From assembly GCA_016432325.1 (NCBI GenBank), contig CP066684.1, positions 480,001 through 544,000 of the forward strand: a DNA stretch of 64,000 nucleotides, written 5' to 3'. Source of the stretch: Candidatus Aenigmatarchaeota archaeon. Its GTDB lineage: Archaea; Aenigmatarchaeota; Aenigmatarchaeia; PWEA01; JACQIF01. Below, piece after piece: positions 28,579 to 37,494 of this stretch (its first letter is position 1; the number at the start of each line of letters is the position of its first letter). The translations under genes were made by a program, and so were the position numbers. The notes under the pieces were generated by a model that was not told the DNA's origin, made no database searches, and was given only the letters and a program-made list of their open reading frames with translations.

Positions 28579-29780
28579 GAGCCGACCTCCTTCGATATCT
28601 TCTTAACCGCTTTTACGGGCCTCAAACCGAGCTTGTCTGCTATAAGTTCCTTCACGCCTTCGCGAACGCTCTCTTCCATTATGCCGTCGACGATCGGAGC
28701 GAGAAATCCTTCCACGATAAGGGCTTCTGCGTCCTCGCGCGAGACGCCGCGGGACATCATGTAGAAGAGCTTGTTCTCGTCTATCTTTCCTGTGCTGGCG
28801 CCGTGCGAAGCGCGGACGTCGTTGTTCTCTATCTCCAGGCTCGGAATGGAGTTCGAGGTCACGCCGCTGTTCAGGTGAAGCGTGCGGTCGTTGAGATGCG
28901 AGTCCGTGCCTCGCGCTTCGCGCTCTATGCGTATCAGACCGCGCGTGAGAGACGAAGACGAATCCTTGAGCACGCCTCTTGTGTCCACGCGGGCTCCTGT
29001 GTTCTGGGCGGCGTGCGCGCATCGCGTGATTATCGAGAAGTTCTGGCCGCCTGTGCCGAAGTATGCGCCGCGGATTGTCGCTGACGAGCCCGCGCCGGTG
29101 AAGGATGCGTCCGTCTTCAGTCTTGTCGTCTTGCCTCCCAAGAGCGCGAACGTCCAGTTCACCCGCGAGTCGCGGCCGCATTCGATTCTCTTGCATGAAT
29201 GATCGCATGTCGCGTCGGAGAAGCGCTGTATCGTTACGAGATTGACCTCCGCGTTGTCCGCCGCGCGAACGTCCAGCGTTCCGTAGTGCACAGGCGCCGA
29301 ACCCTCGAAGATTTCGCATATTGTTACACGCGAGCCCGGCTCTGCAACGATGACGGAGCGCGAAGACGCGGGGTCAAAGGCCGTGTGCTTCACTATTATG
29401 GGGACTTTGGACTGGAATCCTGCAGGGACGCGCACAAAATAGCCGTTGGTCCATGTCGCGGCGTTGAACATCGCGAACTTGTCTTTTGTTTCCGTCGAGA
29501 AGAACTTCTTCAGGATGCCTGCGTAGGCGTCGAGCGCGGCTGGCATCGGTCTCGCGTCGATCCCTTTCGGACCTCCTATGAATACGCCGAACTCCTGCGG
29601 CTGGACCGGAGCAAATCCCGCGAGGTCCGTATATTTCCACTCCTCGTCTTTCTTCGTGGGAAGAGGGGCCTTTTCAAAAGACTTCCACGAATCGCGTCTC
29701 AACGATGTGGTCCACGAAGGCTCGTGCAGTCGCGCGACGAACGCCTGAAAGTCGATGGGCTGTTCCGAACGAGTGACCAC
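28575..29780 (-). CDS. sufD: Fe-S cluster assembly protein SufD
   Basis: EEWKYT, PSLEIENNDVRASHGAS, FYMMSRG. Confidence 0.93.
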   Translation of the reverse strand: MVTRSEQPIDFQAFVARLHEPSWTTSLRRDSWKSFEKAPLPTKKDEEWKYTDLAGFAPVQPQEFGVFIGGPKGIDARPMPAALDAYAGILKKFFSTETKDKFAMFNAATWTNGYFVRVPAGFQSKVPIIVKHTAFDPASSRSVIVAEPGSRVTICEIFEGSAPVHYGTLDVRAADNAEVNLVTIQRFSDATCDHSCKRIECGRDSRVNWTFALLGGKTTRLKTDASFTGAGSSATIRGAYFGTGGQNFSIITRCAHAAQNTGARVDTRGVLKDSSSSLTRGLIRIEREARGTDSHLNDRTLHLNSGVTSNSIPSLEIENNDVRASHGASTGKIDENKLFYMMSRGVSREDAEALIVEGFLAPIVDGIMEESVREGVKELIADKLGLRPVKAVKKISKEVGS

Positions 29781-29785
29781 GAGAA

Positions 29786-31192
29786 CTACCCCACAGCGCC
29801 TTCCATTTCCATCTCGACCAGGCGGTTCAGCTCGATCGCGTACTCCATCGGCAGTTCCTTGGTGAACGCCTCTATGAAACCCTTGACTATCAGGGCCATT
29901 GCCTCGTTCTCCTTCAGGCCGCGCGACATCAGGTAGAAGAGCGCCTCTTCGCTTATGCGGCCCACAGTCGCCTCGTGACCGATGCTCACGTCGTCTTCGT
30001 AAATCTCCATGTATGGAACCGTGTCACTCGCGGATTTCTCGTCGAGTATCAAAGCGTCGCATCTCACGGACGACGTAACGTTCTTGCATCCCTTTCCGAC
30101 GCGCACGAGCCCGCGGTACGTCGTGCGGCCGCCGCCCATGCTGACCGATTTGGATATTATGCGCGATGACGTACGCGGCGCGAGGTGAATTACCTTCGCT
30201 CCCGCGTCCTGATGCTGGCCTTCTCCGGCGAAGGCTATGGACAATATGTCCGCTTTCGCGTTTTCACCGCGCAAGATTACGCTCGGATACTTCATAGTGA
30301 CCTTGGAGCCCATATTCCCGTCAATCCATTCGACCGTGGCGCCTTCGTGCGCGATGGCGCGCTTCGTCACAAGATTGTAGACGTTCGAGGACCAGTTCTG
30401 TATGGTCGTATAACGCACGCGCGCGTTCTTGTGCGCTATGACTTCAACGACAGCCGTGTGCAGCGCATCTTTGGCGTACGTCGGCGCCGTGCAACCTTCG
30501 ATGTAGTGCACGGACGCGCCTTCGTCCACTATTATCAAGGTGCGTTCGAACTGTCCGGCGCGTTCGGCATTGATGCGGAAGTACGCTTGCAGAGGAATCT
30601 TCACATGCACGTTCTTGGGAACATAAACGAACGAACCGCCTGACCACACGGCGCTGTTCAGAGCCGCGAACTTGTTGTCCGCGGTCGGGACGATCGTACC
30701 GAAATACTTCTTCACGAGTTCCGGATGCCGCTTCAAACCTTCATCCATCGAGAGGAATATCACGCCCTGAGCTTCCAAATCGGCGCGCGTCTTGTGGTAG
30801 ACGACCTCGGAGTCGTACTGCGCGCCGACGCCTGCAAGAAACTTCTGCTCCGCTTCAGGGATACCAAGCTTCTTGAACGTATCGCGTATCTTTTCCGGAA
30901 CGTCTTCCCAAGAGCTTTCGCTCTTTGCCGAAGGACGGATGTAGTAGATTATCTCATCGAAGTTTATCCCCGACAGGTCCGCGCCCCACTTGGGCATCGG
31001 CTTCTGCAAGAACGTTTTGAAAGCCTTGAGCCTGAATTCAAGCATCCAGTCCGGCTCGTCTTTCTGTGCGCTGATTGCGCGAACGACGCCTTCGCTGAGG
31101 CCTTTCGGAGTCTCGAAGACCGGCTTCACGTCATCGTGGAAGCCGTATTTGTACTGTTCCTTGCTCTCCAGAAGCTCTTGTGATAGGCGCAT
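29786..31192 (-). CDS. sufB: Fe-S cluster assembly protein SufB
   Basis: [49 protein letters not shown]. Confidence 0.97.
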   Translation of the reverse strand: MRLSQELLESKEQYKYGFHDDVKPVFETPKGLSEGVVRAISAQKDEPDWMLEFRLKAFKTFLQKPMPKWGADLSGINFDEIIYYIRPSAKSESSWEDVPEKIRDTFKKLGIPEAEQKFLAGVGAQYDSEVVYHKTRADLEAQGVIFLSMDEGLKRHPELVKKYFGTIVPTADNKFAALNSAVWSGGSFVYVPKNVHVKIPLQAYFRINAERAGQFERTLIIVDEGASVHYIEGCTAPTYAKDALHTAVVEVIAHKNARVRYTTIQNWSSNVYNLVTKRAIAHEGATVEWIDGNMGSKVTMKYPSVILRGENAKADILSIAFAGEGQHQDAGAKVIHLAPRTSSRIISKSVSMGGGRTTYRGLVRVGKGCKNVTSSVRCDALILDEKSASDTVPYMEIYEDDVSIGHEATVGRISEEALFYLMSRGLKENEAMALIVKGFIEAFTKELPMEYAIELNRLVEMEMEGAVG

Positions 31193-31333
31193 GGTTCAAG
31201 AGTATAACAGTGTTATATAAACCTATGTTTTTCACGTTTGAAATAAGGTGTACGAGCTTGAAACAAACGCGCGTTCACAGAGGCTGAACAAACGTCTTTT
31301 ATATTTCGGCGCGTTGACATCAGATTCAGTGGA

Positions 31334-31744
31334 ATGATGGACACGGTCTCTCTGAGTGCCGAAGAGATAAAGAAGAGGTGGCAGGTGCCTCTTGCGATTC
31401 ATGGCTACCGAGGCGTTGAAGTCGACGAAAACGAAACAGAAACGGATATGATAGCCATCTCTGCCAACGTTGCGTTCTGGAAGTTGCGCGACAGAGACGG
31501 TCTGCTTATCTCGGCCGGCATGGTTAAACAAGAGGACGGTGCTCCTGTTCCTGTCGAGGAGGTTCATCCCGTTGGTCTGGCTCATGAGTACTTCGAAGGG
31601 CTTTCAGAGTGGATGCAGCTGAACGGCAGTCCCATGAGAACTATGCAGACTATCAACGGCAGGTCTTTCTTCGCTTACAAATTCGACAACTACAAACTGC
31701 ACAGGCTGTTGAGGATGTCTGCCCAAGAGAGACATGTGGCTTGA
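31334..31744 (+). CDS. Hypothetical protein
   Basis: TATA (TTTTATAT) upstream; fills the gap. Confidence 0.55.
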   Translation: MMDTVSLSAEEIKKRWQVPLAIHGYRGVEVDENETETDMIAISANVAFWKLRDRDGLLISAGMVKQEDGAPVPVEEVHPVGLAHEYFEGLSEWMQLNGSPMRTMQTINGRSFFAYKFDNYKLHRLLRMSAQERHVA

Positions 31745-31790
31745 CCATCGTCTTTAAATAGATATGTACCCTCTTCAGAGTAGTGATAGA

Positions 31791-32252
31791 ATGGCCGACC
31801 TCAAACACGTGAAACGCTGGCTGATGGAAGAGGCCACCGATATAAAGAAGTCTTGGGGGCCTCTGCTGGCTCCTCATGACTATGACACAGTTGTTGAGAC
31901 GCACAAGCTGGCCAACACACTAGACTGGGAAAACGGCAGACGTGGAGGCGTTGCGTTCTGGAAAGGTTATGGAACCGACGGAGTTGCCGTCCAAAACCTC
32001 AGGCAATACAGCGGCGGCGCCGGTATGTCCACGACTGGTGTATTGGCAATCGGTCCTGCAGACGACTACTTCGAACGCCTAGGATACAACACCACCAACC
32101 TCCGATTCGCGAATGATCTGTTCGGGATTCCATTAAGATCTGGCCAAAACGGCTTGACAATCAATGGCATACGCCGCAAAGGGATCGAGTATTCTGAAGA
32201 GGCGTTCGGCAAGTTCCTGAGGGCGAAACTCAGACCAATACAAGTAGCCTAA
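31791..32252 (+). CDS. Hypothetical protein
   Basis: TTTAAATA upstream; shares VAFWK with the preceding ORF. Confidence 0.55.
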   Translation: MADLKHVKRWLMEEATDIKKSWGPLLAPHDYDTVVETHKLANTLDWENGRRGGVAFWKGYGTDGVAVQNLRQYSGGAGMSTTGVLAIGPADDYFERLGYNTTNLRFANDLFGIPLRSGQNGLTINGIRRKGIEYSEEAFGKFLRAKLRPIQVA

Positions 32253-33133
32253 ACCCCGACAAACCTCGCCAGCCTCGAACGCGCCTCTTTTTCGTCTTTC
32301 GCCTCTACGATTGCGCGGCCGCTCGCGAACAGTGAAATGCGCCGCGCGTCAGGCCAGACGTGCAACACGCCGTCGAACAGTTTCGTTTTGAATTTGCCTG
32401 AAAGCGTCTTGTCAAGAGACGGCAAGTCCAATCGCTTGTTTAGCCTCATATGATACGCGTCTTTTGCGCACAGAGCGACAATAGTTTCTGTCCTCTCCAG
32501 ATACTCGTACTTCTTTTGCGCGCACGCCGGGCAGTTCTTGCGCGGAGGAACGTCCGTCTTTGTTATCTCCTCGTGTGAAATGTCTATTAGGGTGCCGCCG
32601 TTCGACCCCTTCAACGCATGCTCTGTCTGCAACGCCGCCACGCGCGACGCGGTCTCGTTGTCTATTCCAACGGTATCGCAGGTTTCGAGGGGTCCCGGCT
32701 CCCGCGGAATCAAACATCTGAGGCACGGTTTCCCTTCCGGCGAAAAAGCCATCACGATGCCGCGGTCCTGCACTGCGCCTGCGTAAACCCAGAGCACGCC
32801 GTTCGCCAAACAGTAGTCGTTCAGAAGAAAACGCGCCGCCATGTTGTCCGTGCAATCGAGAACGACATCCGGTTTCCCAAGAAGCCGGCCGATGCTGTTC
32901 GCGTTTACGTCGTCGACGACGCCTTCTATTCCGAGCCGCTCGGCAACAACCAGCGCCTTTGCTTTTCCAACGTCGTTCTTATTGTACAACTTCTGGCGCT
33001 CCAGGTTTCTATCGTCGATGAAATCCCTGTCTATTACACGAACACTCGCGCCTGCTCTGGTTAGAAGCCCGGCCGTGCGCGTTCCTATGGCCCCCGCGCC
33101 AACAATAACGGCTTCTTTCCGCGTCTTTACCAC
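32249..33133 (-). CDS. ThiF/MoeB/UbaA-family adenylyltransferase with a C-terminal extension
   Basis: VGAGAIG, DRD, NLERQ, DCTDN, PCLRC, TCDTVG, CPAC, ISLFASGRA. Confidence 0.9.
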   Translation of the reverse strand: MVKTRKEAVIVGAGAIGTRTAGLLTRAGASVRVIDRDFIDDRNLERQKLYNKNDVGKAKALVVAERLGIEGVVDDVNANSIGRLLGKPDVVLDCTDNMAARFLLNDYCLANGVLWVYAGAVQDRGIVMAFSPEGKPCLRCLIPREPGPLETCDTVGIDNETASRVAALQTEHALKGSNGGTLIDISHEEITKTDVPPRKNCPACAQKKYEYLERTETIVALCAKDAYHMRLNKRLDLPSLDKTLSGKFKTKLFDGVLHVWPDARRISLFASGRAIVEAKDEKEARSRLARFVGV

Positions 33134-33180
33134 CAGCAGTGGTTATGACATGAAAGGCTTAAAGCCTTGCTGCGCGTAAG

Positions 33181-33495
33181 ATGCGTATGCCGATACTGTT
33201 GTTCCTGTTCGGCGCGATAGACATAATAGCCGCGATAATGCTGTGGCAGAGCGGCTGGTTCGGACCGTCGTGGACTCAGCTGGTTGGATGGGTGGTTCTC
33301 GTCAAGGGACTCTATTCAATCGGAACGTCCTATCTCAACAAGTTCTATTTCGATTTTCTTGGGTGGGCCGACGTGGCCGTAGCGGGCATAATACTCGCGG
33401 GCTGGGCAATACCATTCTTCTGGGCCGTTCCTCTGATAAAGGGAGGCTGGACCATGCTGAGCGTCTACGCGAACCGCCTTACAGGGCAGTCTTAA
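33181..33495 (+). CDS. Small integral membrane protein
   Basis: Hydrophobic; repeated G.ID/AD...KG motif. Confidence 0.65.
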   Translation: MRMPILLFLFGAIDIIAAIMLWQSGWFGPSWTQLVGWVVLVKGLYSIGTSYLNKFYFDFLGWADVAVAGIILAGWAIPFFWAVPLIKGGWTMLSVYANRLTGQS

Positions 33496-33530
33496 TATAG
33501 TGGTTCGGCTCTTCTACACGCGGAGATGTT

Positions 33531-34649
33531 ATGGCAAGCATAGAAAATCTGATAGAGACGGTGGAGGCCGTCGCGCCGGATGCGCAGATACACACGTTTC
33601 TAAGCTCACTGCAGGCGCACGGGGCTGTTCCTGTGATAGACGGCAAGAAGATAATCGGAATGGTTTTCGTTGACGACGTCTCGAGGCGCGAGTATCCTGT
33701 AACCTCAAAAGCATCGACTGCAATGACAAGAGTCTCTTCGATAGACGCAAAGAGCGATGTCGTGGAAGCCGCCGCGGCTCTGATGAGACTGCGCGGAAGA
33801 GCGCTTCCTGTCACATCCGCAGGCTCCTACGTAGGCATTGTCGCCGAGACCGCGGTGATGCGTGCTGTTTCAGGCGTCAACAAGCGCGTCGAGGAAGTGA
33901 TGAACGAGCCTGTGACGATAACGGACGACGCGAATGTCGGCAAGGCCCGCTCCACGCTAAGGGACCAAGGCATAGGCAAGTTGCCCGTGGTTAACAGGAA
34001 CGGAGACCTCGTCGGCGTGGTGGACTGGCAGAACTTCGTCGTGCTTGAGAAACCGAAGGAGTCCATGGGCAGGCGCGACCAGAGGGGCGATTATCTCCAG
34101 GATTCTAAGATAGACGTCACAGCCGTGATGGACGAGTCGCCTCTGACAGTCGAACGCGGCACGAGCGTTGTGGACGCCGCGAAGAAGATGGATTCGAGAA
34201 AATGCACGTACGCGATTGTCGTTGATGGAAAAGCTCCCGTAGGAATCATTACGTGCGAGGACATTCTTGAACTGCTCGCCGCGCTCGTTCCGCGCGAGGG
34301 CGTGTACGTGCAGATAACGGGCGCCGAGGATCTCGATTCGTTCGACCGCGACAAACTGCATTCGAACGTCGATGAAACCGTAAGGAAGCTGGCGCGCATC
34401 TACGCCGGGATCGAATATTTTGTGCTTCGCCTGAAGAAACACGAAACTCAAGGAAGCAAGACGAAGTTTTCCGTTCAGGCGCGCCTTATGACTCCGGTAG
34501 GCGTGTTCCGCGCGCACGCGCACGGCTACGATCTGGCCGCGGTGACGGACAAGGCGATGGACAATCTCGAGCGCATCGTGAAGGAAGACCATTCAAAGAA
34601 AAAGAAGCAGATGAGAAAACGCTCGGAACGTGCGCAGAAGCGGCGCTAA
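33531..34649 (+). CDS. Four-CBS-domain protein with a C-terminal HPF/RaiA-like domain (probable hibernation factor)
   Basis: CBS repeats (LPVVNRNGDLVGVV, VGIITCEDIL); C-terminal KFSVQARL...F.A...GYDL......AMDNLER. Confidence 0.7.
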   Translation: MASIENLIETVEAVAPDAQIHTFLSSLQAHGAVPVIDGKKIIGMVFVDDVSRREYPVTSKASTAMTRVSSIDAKSDVVEAAAALMRLRGRALPVTSAGSYVGIVAETAVMRAVSGVNKRVEEVMNEPVTITDDANVGKARSTLRDQGIGKLPVVNRNGDLVGVVDWQNFVVLEKPKESMGRRDQRGDYLQDSKIDVTAVMDESPLTVERGTSVVDAAKKMDSRKCTYAIVVDGKAPVGIITCEDILELLAALVPREGVYVQITGAEDLDSFDRDKLHSNVDETVRKLARIYAGIEYFVLRLKKHETQGSKTKFSVQARLMTPVGVFRAHAHGYDLAAVTDKAMDNLERIVKEDHSKKKKQMRKRSERAQKRR

Positions 34650-34685
34650 GATTTCAGGTATTACGCGCCAATAGCGCAAAAGGTT

Positions 34686-35462
34686 CTAAGAGAATCCCAT
34701 CATCCACGTCTTGAACTTCTCGAAGAAGCCCGAGTGGCCGTTCGTGTACTGCTCTCCTGTCAGGGACGCGGCGAGCCTGACGAACTCCCTACTCGACGGG
34801 GCCGACGGCCTGTGGTTTACGACAGGCGATTTCTTGTGTATGGCTTCCTGCACGCCCACGTCTTCGGGCACGCGCGCGAGTATCGGCGTCTCCAGCATCT
34901 CTTTCACTTCGCGCTCGCTCAGCTGCGCGTGCTTCTTCTTCGCATCAACGCGGTTGAGTACGACGCCGAGGGTTTTCACGCCCAGCTCCTCGGCCAGTTT
35001 CTTTGTCTTCAGGGCATCCGTTACGGAAGGCAAATCGGGATTTGTAACAATCAACAGGTCGTCCGCGGCCTTCAGCGCGGCTATCGTCTCGTTTCCCAGT
35101 CCGGCCGCGCAGTCCAGAAGCACTATGTCCGTGTCGGCTGTGGCGTCCTGCAGCGCCTTCGAAACGCGTTTCGCGTCTGTGCCTTCCAAATCTTCCAGGG
35201 AAAGCGAGGCCGGCACGATTCTCATGCCGCTCTGGTGTATATACATCGCCTCGGTCAGGTACGCGTCGCCTCTAAGAACGTCGTGAAGCGTCACCGGATA
35301 AAGGGGGATTCCCAGATGGAGAGAAAGCGAGGGCGTGGTGAGGTTCGTGTCTACGAGCGTTACGTCCTTTCCAAGCTTCCGCAAAGCCAAACCTAGGTTG
35401 GCCACAGTGGTAGTCTTTCCAACGCCTCCCTTGCCGCCCGAAACGGCAATAATTCGTCCCAT
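34686..35462 (-). CDS. minD: Cell division ATPase MinD (archaeal)
   Basis: SGGKGGVGKTT, DCAAGLG, VTNPDLPSVTDALK, GVVLNR, VPED. Confidence 0.93.
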   Translation of the reverse strand: MGRIIAVSGGKGGVGKTTTVANLGLALRKLGKDVTLVDTNLTTPSLSLHLGIPLYPVTLHDVLRGDAYLTEAMYIHQSGMRIVPASLSLEDLEGTDAKRVSKALQDATADTDIVLLDCAAGLGNETIAALKAADDLLIVTNPDLPSVTDALKTKKLAEELGVKTLGVVLNRVDAKKKHAQLSEREVKEMLETPILARVPEDVGVQEAIHKKSPVVNHRPSAPSSREFVRLAASLTGEQYTNGHSGFFEKFKTWMMGFS

Positions 35463-35583
35463 TTAATCGCCAGTTCTCCCGAAAACGCAGATCGGTGTAG
35501 TACCCTAACTACCTTTGGGAGCTATTTAAGCATTTACTGCGCCCAGAGCGCGGTAAATTTGTTTCTTGCGAGACGCGATAAAC

Positions 35584-35874
35584 TCAAAACCGCTGTTTTA
35601 GGCGTTCTCGAGGCAAATGTTCGGAGGCCCGCGCGGCTTCTGACACGGGTCTCTGTTCAGGGAACCAAGAATAAACGAACGTCTCCAGATCGGGCCTGTA
35701 TTTCAGGACGCTTTTCACGAAACCTGCGTCGTCCCTTACATGGGCCGTCTCTTCAACATCGCGAATGACGAGCCTTCTCTGCGTTTCTGTGAACTTCGGA
35801 AGGCGCGATGAACGCGCGCAGGCGTCAAGCTCCCCCAAAACGTTCGCATAATGACCCAGCCAGTCTTTTGGCAT
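35584..35874 (-). CDS. Hypothetical protein
   Basis: TTTAAA TATA about 25 nt upstream; 96 aa. Confidence 0.45.
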   Translation of the reverse strand: MPKDWLGHYANVLGELDACARSSRLPKFTETQRRLVIRDVEETAHVRDDAGFVKSVLKYRPDLETFVYSWFPEQRPVSEAARASEHLPRERLKQRF

Positions 35875-35909
35875 TCATATGTTTGGGTGCAAAACGATTT
35901 AAATGGTGA

Positions 35910-35948
35910 TGGCGGGCCTCTTGGAAAGACGCGCTTTCCAAAGGCCCG
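35910..35948 (-). repeat. Hairpin downstream of tRNA-Arg that duplicates its acceptor stem and G-CCA end
   Basis: Minus strand GGGCCT-TTGGAAAG-CGCGT-CTTTCCAA-G-AGGCCC-G-CCA. Confidence 0.75.
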
Positions 35949-35962
35949 ACCTTTGAAATTTA

Positions 35963-36274
35963 TGGCGGGCCTGGTGGGATTTTCCATCGTCGCGCCGGTG
36001 TACGGGAACGGAGTTCCCGACATGCCGGAAATGCCCGGCATTTCCGTGCACAGGCGGACTTTTCATGAAAGCTTTGGCGCGTATATCGAGCGAGCGCCGA
36101 TAGGCGCGAGCGCGCCAAAGGTTTCGAACCCACGGCTTCCAGATTGCTTCTTTCATTCGGGACAGTGCCCGTCAATGCTTCCAACGCATGCATTAGAAGT
36201 CTGGCACTCCATTAGCTCCGTTTTCGCCATGCGTTGCCGCCAGCGAAAAGGCGCCCAAGCTGAGTTACAGGCCC
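35963..36274 (-). tRNA. tRNA-Arg(TCT) with three introns: D-loop ~36213-36254 (~42 nt), 37/38 at 36145-36193 (49 nt), 59/60 at 35980-36122 (143 nt)
   Basis: GGGCCTG/CAGGCCC-G-CCA acceptor; ACTC/GAGT D-stem; CCAGA-CT-TCT-A^...^A-TCTGG with BHB helix CTTC/GAAG; GTGGG-TTCGAA^...^T-CCCAC; TTTATTTA promoter upstream. Confidence 0.88.
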
Positions 36275-36328
36275 TTGGGTATCTTAGCATATTGACTAAA
36301 TAAAGAGGGTGTCTCTGGTGGTGCCTGC

Positions 36329-36397
36329 TCAGGCGAGGTCATATCCACTGTTCTGAAGTAGTGCCTTCGATCTTTTAACTTCTTTTATCTTGGCCAT
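36329..36397 (-). CDS. Putative RiPP precursor peptide, 22 aa: MAKIKEVKRSKALLQNSGYDLA
   Basis: ATG about 24 nt downstream of a TATA box (leaderless spacing); divergent from two SagB-like genes; basic N-terminus with C-terminal NSGYDLA. Confidence 0.55.
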   Translation of the reverse strand: MAKIKEVKRSKALLQNSGYDLA

Positions 36398-36418
36398 ACG
36401 GTTTCTTGCATCTGCTTC

Positions 36419-36429
36419 TATTTAAATAT
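36419..36429. promoter_or_regulatory. Palindromic TATA box (TATTTAAATA) probably shared by the divergent peptide and SagB genes
   Basis: Lies about 20-25 nt from both ATG 36397 (-) and ATG 36448 (+). Confidence 0.55.
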
Positions 36430-36447
36430 CTCATAACATCGTTTTGC

Positions 36448-37494
36448 ATGCTAAGAAGCGGCTCCTTTCTTTGCATGAGACTGGACGAGGGAGGCCGTCT
36501 CTTACTCGAAGATTTTATATCGAAAAGGGCGTTTCGCTGCACAGACCGACTCATAGACATGCTTGTCTTTTGCCATAGGCCGAGGAACATTGCCGAGATA
36601 CGTATTTTCATGAAAACCCAGCTCGGTTTACGCGGGGCCGAAGGAGAACAGTTTTTAAGAGAACTTATAGAGAAGGATATTATTCGGCCGGGAGCAAAAG
36701 ACGAAAGGGCTCTGAAAGCGTTCTCTATGTGGAAAGGATACAACTGGCGGGAGCCATTTCTGCACAATCTTTTGACAAGGGACTATCCGTTCGTTGAGCG
36801 CGGTGTTGGATACTCAGAAATGGACAAAGAGACAATGATAAACTACACCAAGAAGAGCAAAATGCCGAACGCATACAAAGAGTACAAAGGCGTCTTGAAA
36901 ATAAGGCTGCCTCCATGCTCTACTGAATTAGGAATGTTCCATGAAGCCATAGAGGGAAAACTATCTCGTAAATCGGAAAGGATGACGTTGACGTCCCTAT
37001 CAGATATTCTGTTCTATACGTTTGGAAAGGTAGCCGAACGTCAAACGCTGCCATGGGGGAAGTATATCTTGAAAACAAGCCCGTCGGGAGGCGCGAGGCA
37101 TCCCACGGAAGCATATGTCTATGCTTCCGAGGTAAGCGGTTTGAAGAAAGGAATCTACCACTATTCTGTGAAGGACCATGCTCTCGAGGTTTTGGATGGG
37201 GTAAGACGTGAGACACTGGAGGCCGCCATTCCAGAGACCACCAAGTCTGATACCAAAGCCATCGTCTTCCTAACTTCCCTTTTCGCAAGGAATATGTGGA
37301 GATACAGAGAACCTAGAACATTTCGTACACTATTCTTCGACGCGGGACATGTCATACAGACTCTACAACTGGTAACCGAATCGCGTGGTTTTGACGTCGA
37401 GTTACGTCAACCCTTCAGTACACAGAAGTTGGAATCCTGCCTTGGGCTTGATATGTATGCGGAGGGGGCAATCTCATATGCCGTCATTAAGTAA
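36448..37494 (+). CDS. SagB/ThcOx-family peptide dehydrogenase (nitroreductase fold) with an N-terminal wHTH/RRE-like domain
   Basis: KTSPSGGARHPTEAY, GIYHY, NMWRYREPRTFR, DAGH; N-terminal beta strands then helices ending FLRELIEKDII. Confidence 0.88.
   Translation: MLRSGSFLCMRLDEGGRLLLEDFISKRAFRCTDRLIDMLVFCHRPRNIAEIRIFMKTQLGLRGAEGEQFLRELIEKDIIRPGAKDERALKAFSMWKGYNWREPFLHNLLTRDYPFVERGVGYSEMDKETMINYTKKSKMPNAYKEYKGVLKIRLPPCSTELGMFHEAIEGKLSRKSERMTLTSLSDILFYTFGKVAERQTLPWGKYILKTSPSGGARHPTEAYVYASEVSGLKKGIYHYSVKDHALEVLDGVRRETLEAAIPETTKSDTKAIVFLTSLFARNMWRYREPRTFRTLFFDAGHVIQTLQLVTESRGFDVELRQPFSTQKLESCLGLDMYAEGAISYAVIK

Noticed and set aside
32249-33133. ThiF protein as the cyclodehydratase partner of the SagB pair
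   Set aside because: It is separated by unrelated housekeeping genes and has ordinary MoeB/UbaA motifs with no evident RRE. A role in trans cannot be excluded.
35990-36070. RNase P RNA, suggested by GAAAAGTCC
   Set aside because: The other conserved regions are missing and the sequence is the T-loop intron of tRNA-Arg.
36153-36230. Cys-containing 25-aa ORF MAKTELMECQTSNACVGSIDGHCPE (minus) as a RiPP precursor
   Set aside because: It lies wholly inside the tRNA-Arg gene and crosses its exons, so it is better explained as a chance ORF.
36296-36331. TGA read-through (selenocysteine) extending the 22-aa peptide with AGTTRDTLFI
   Set aside because: No SECIS-like element or Sec machinery is visible, and the extension runs into the tRNA promoter.
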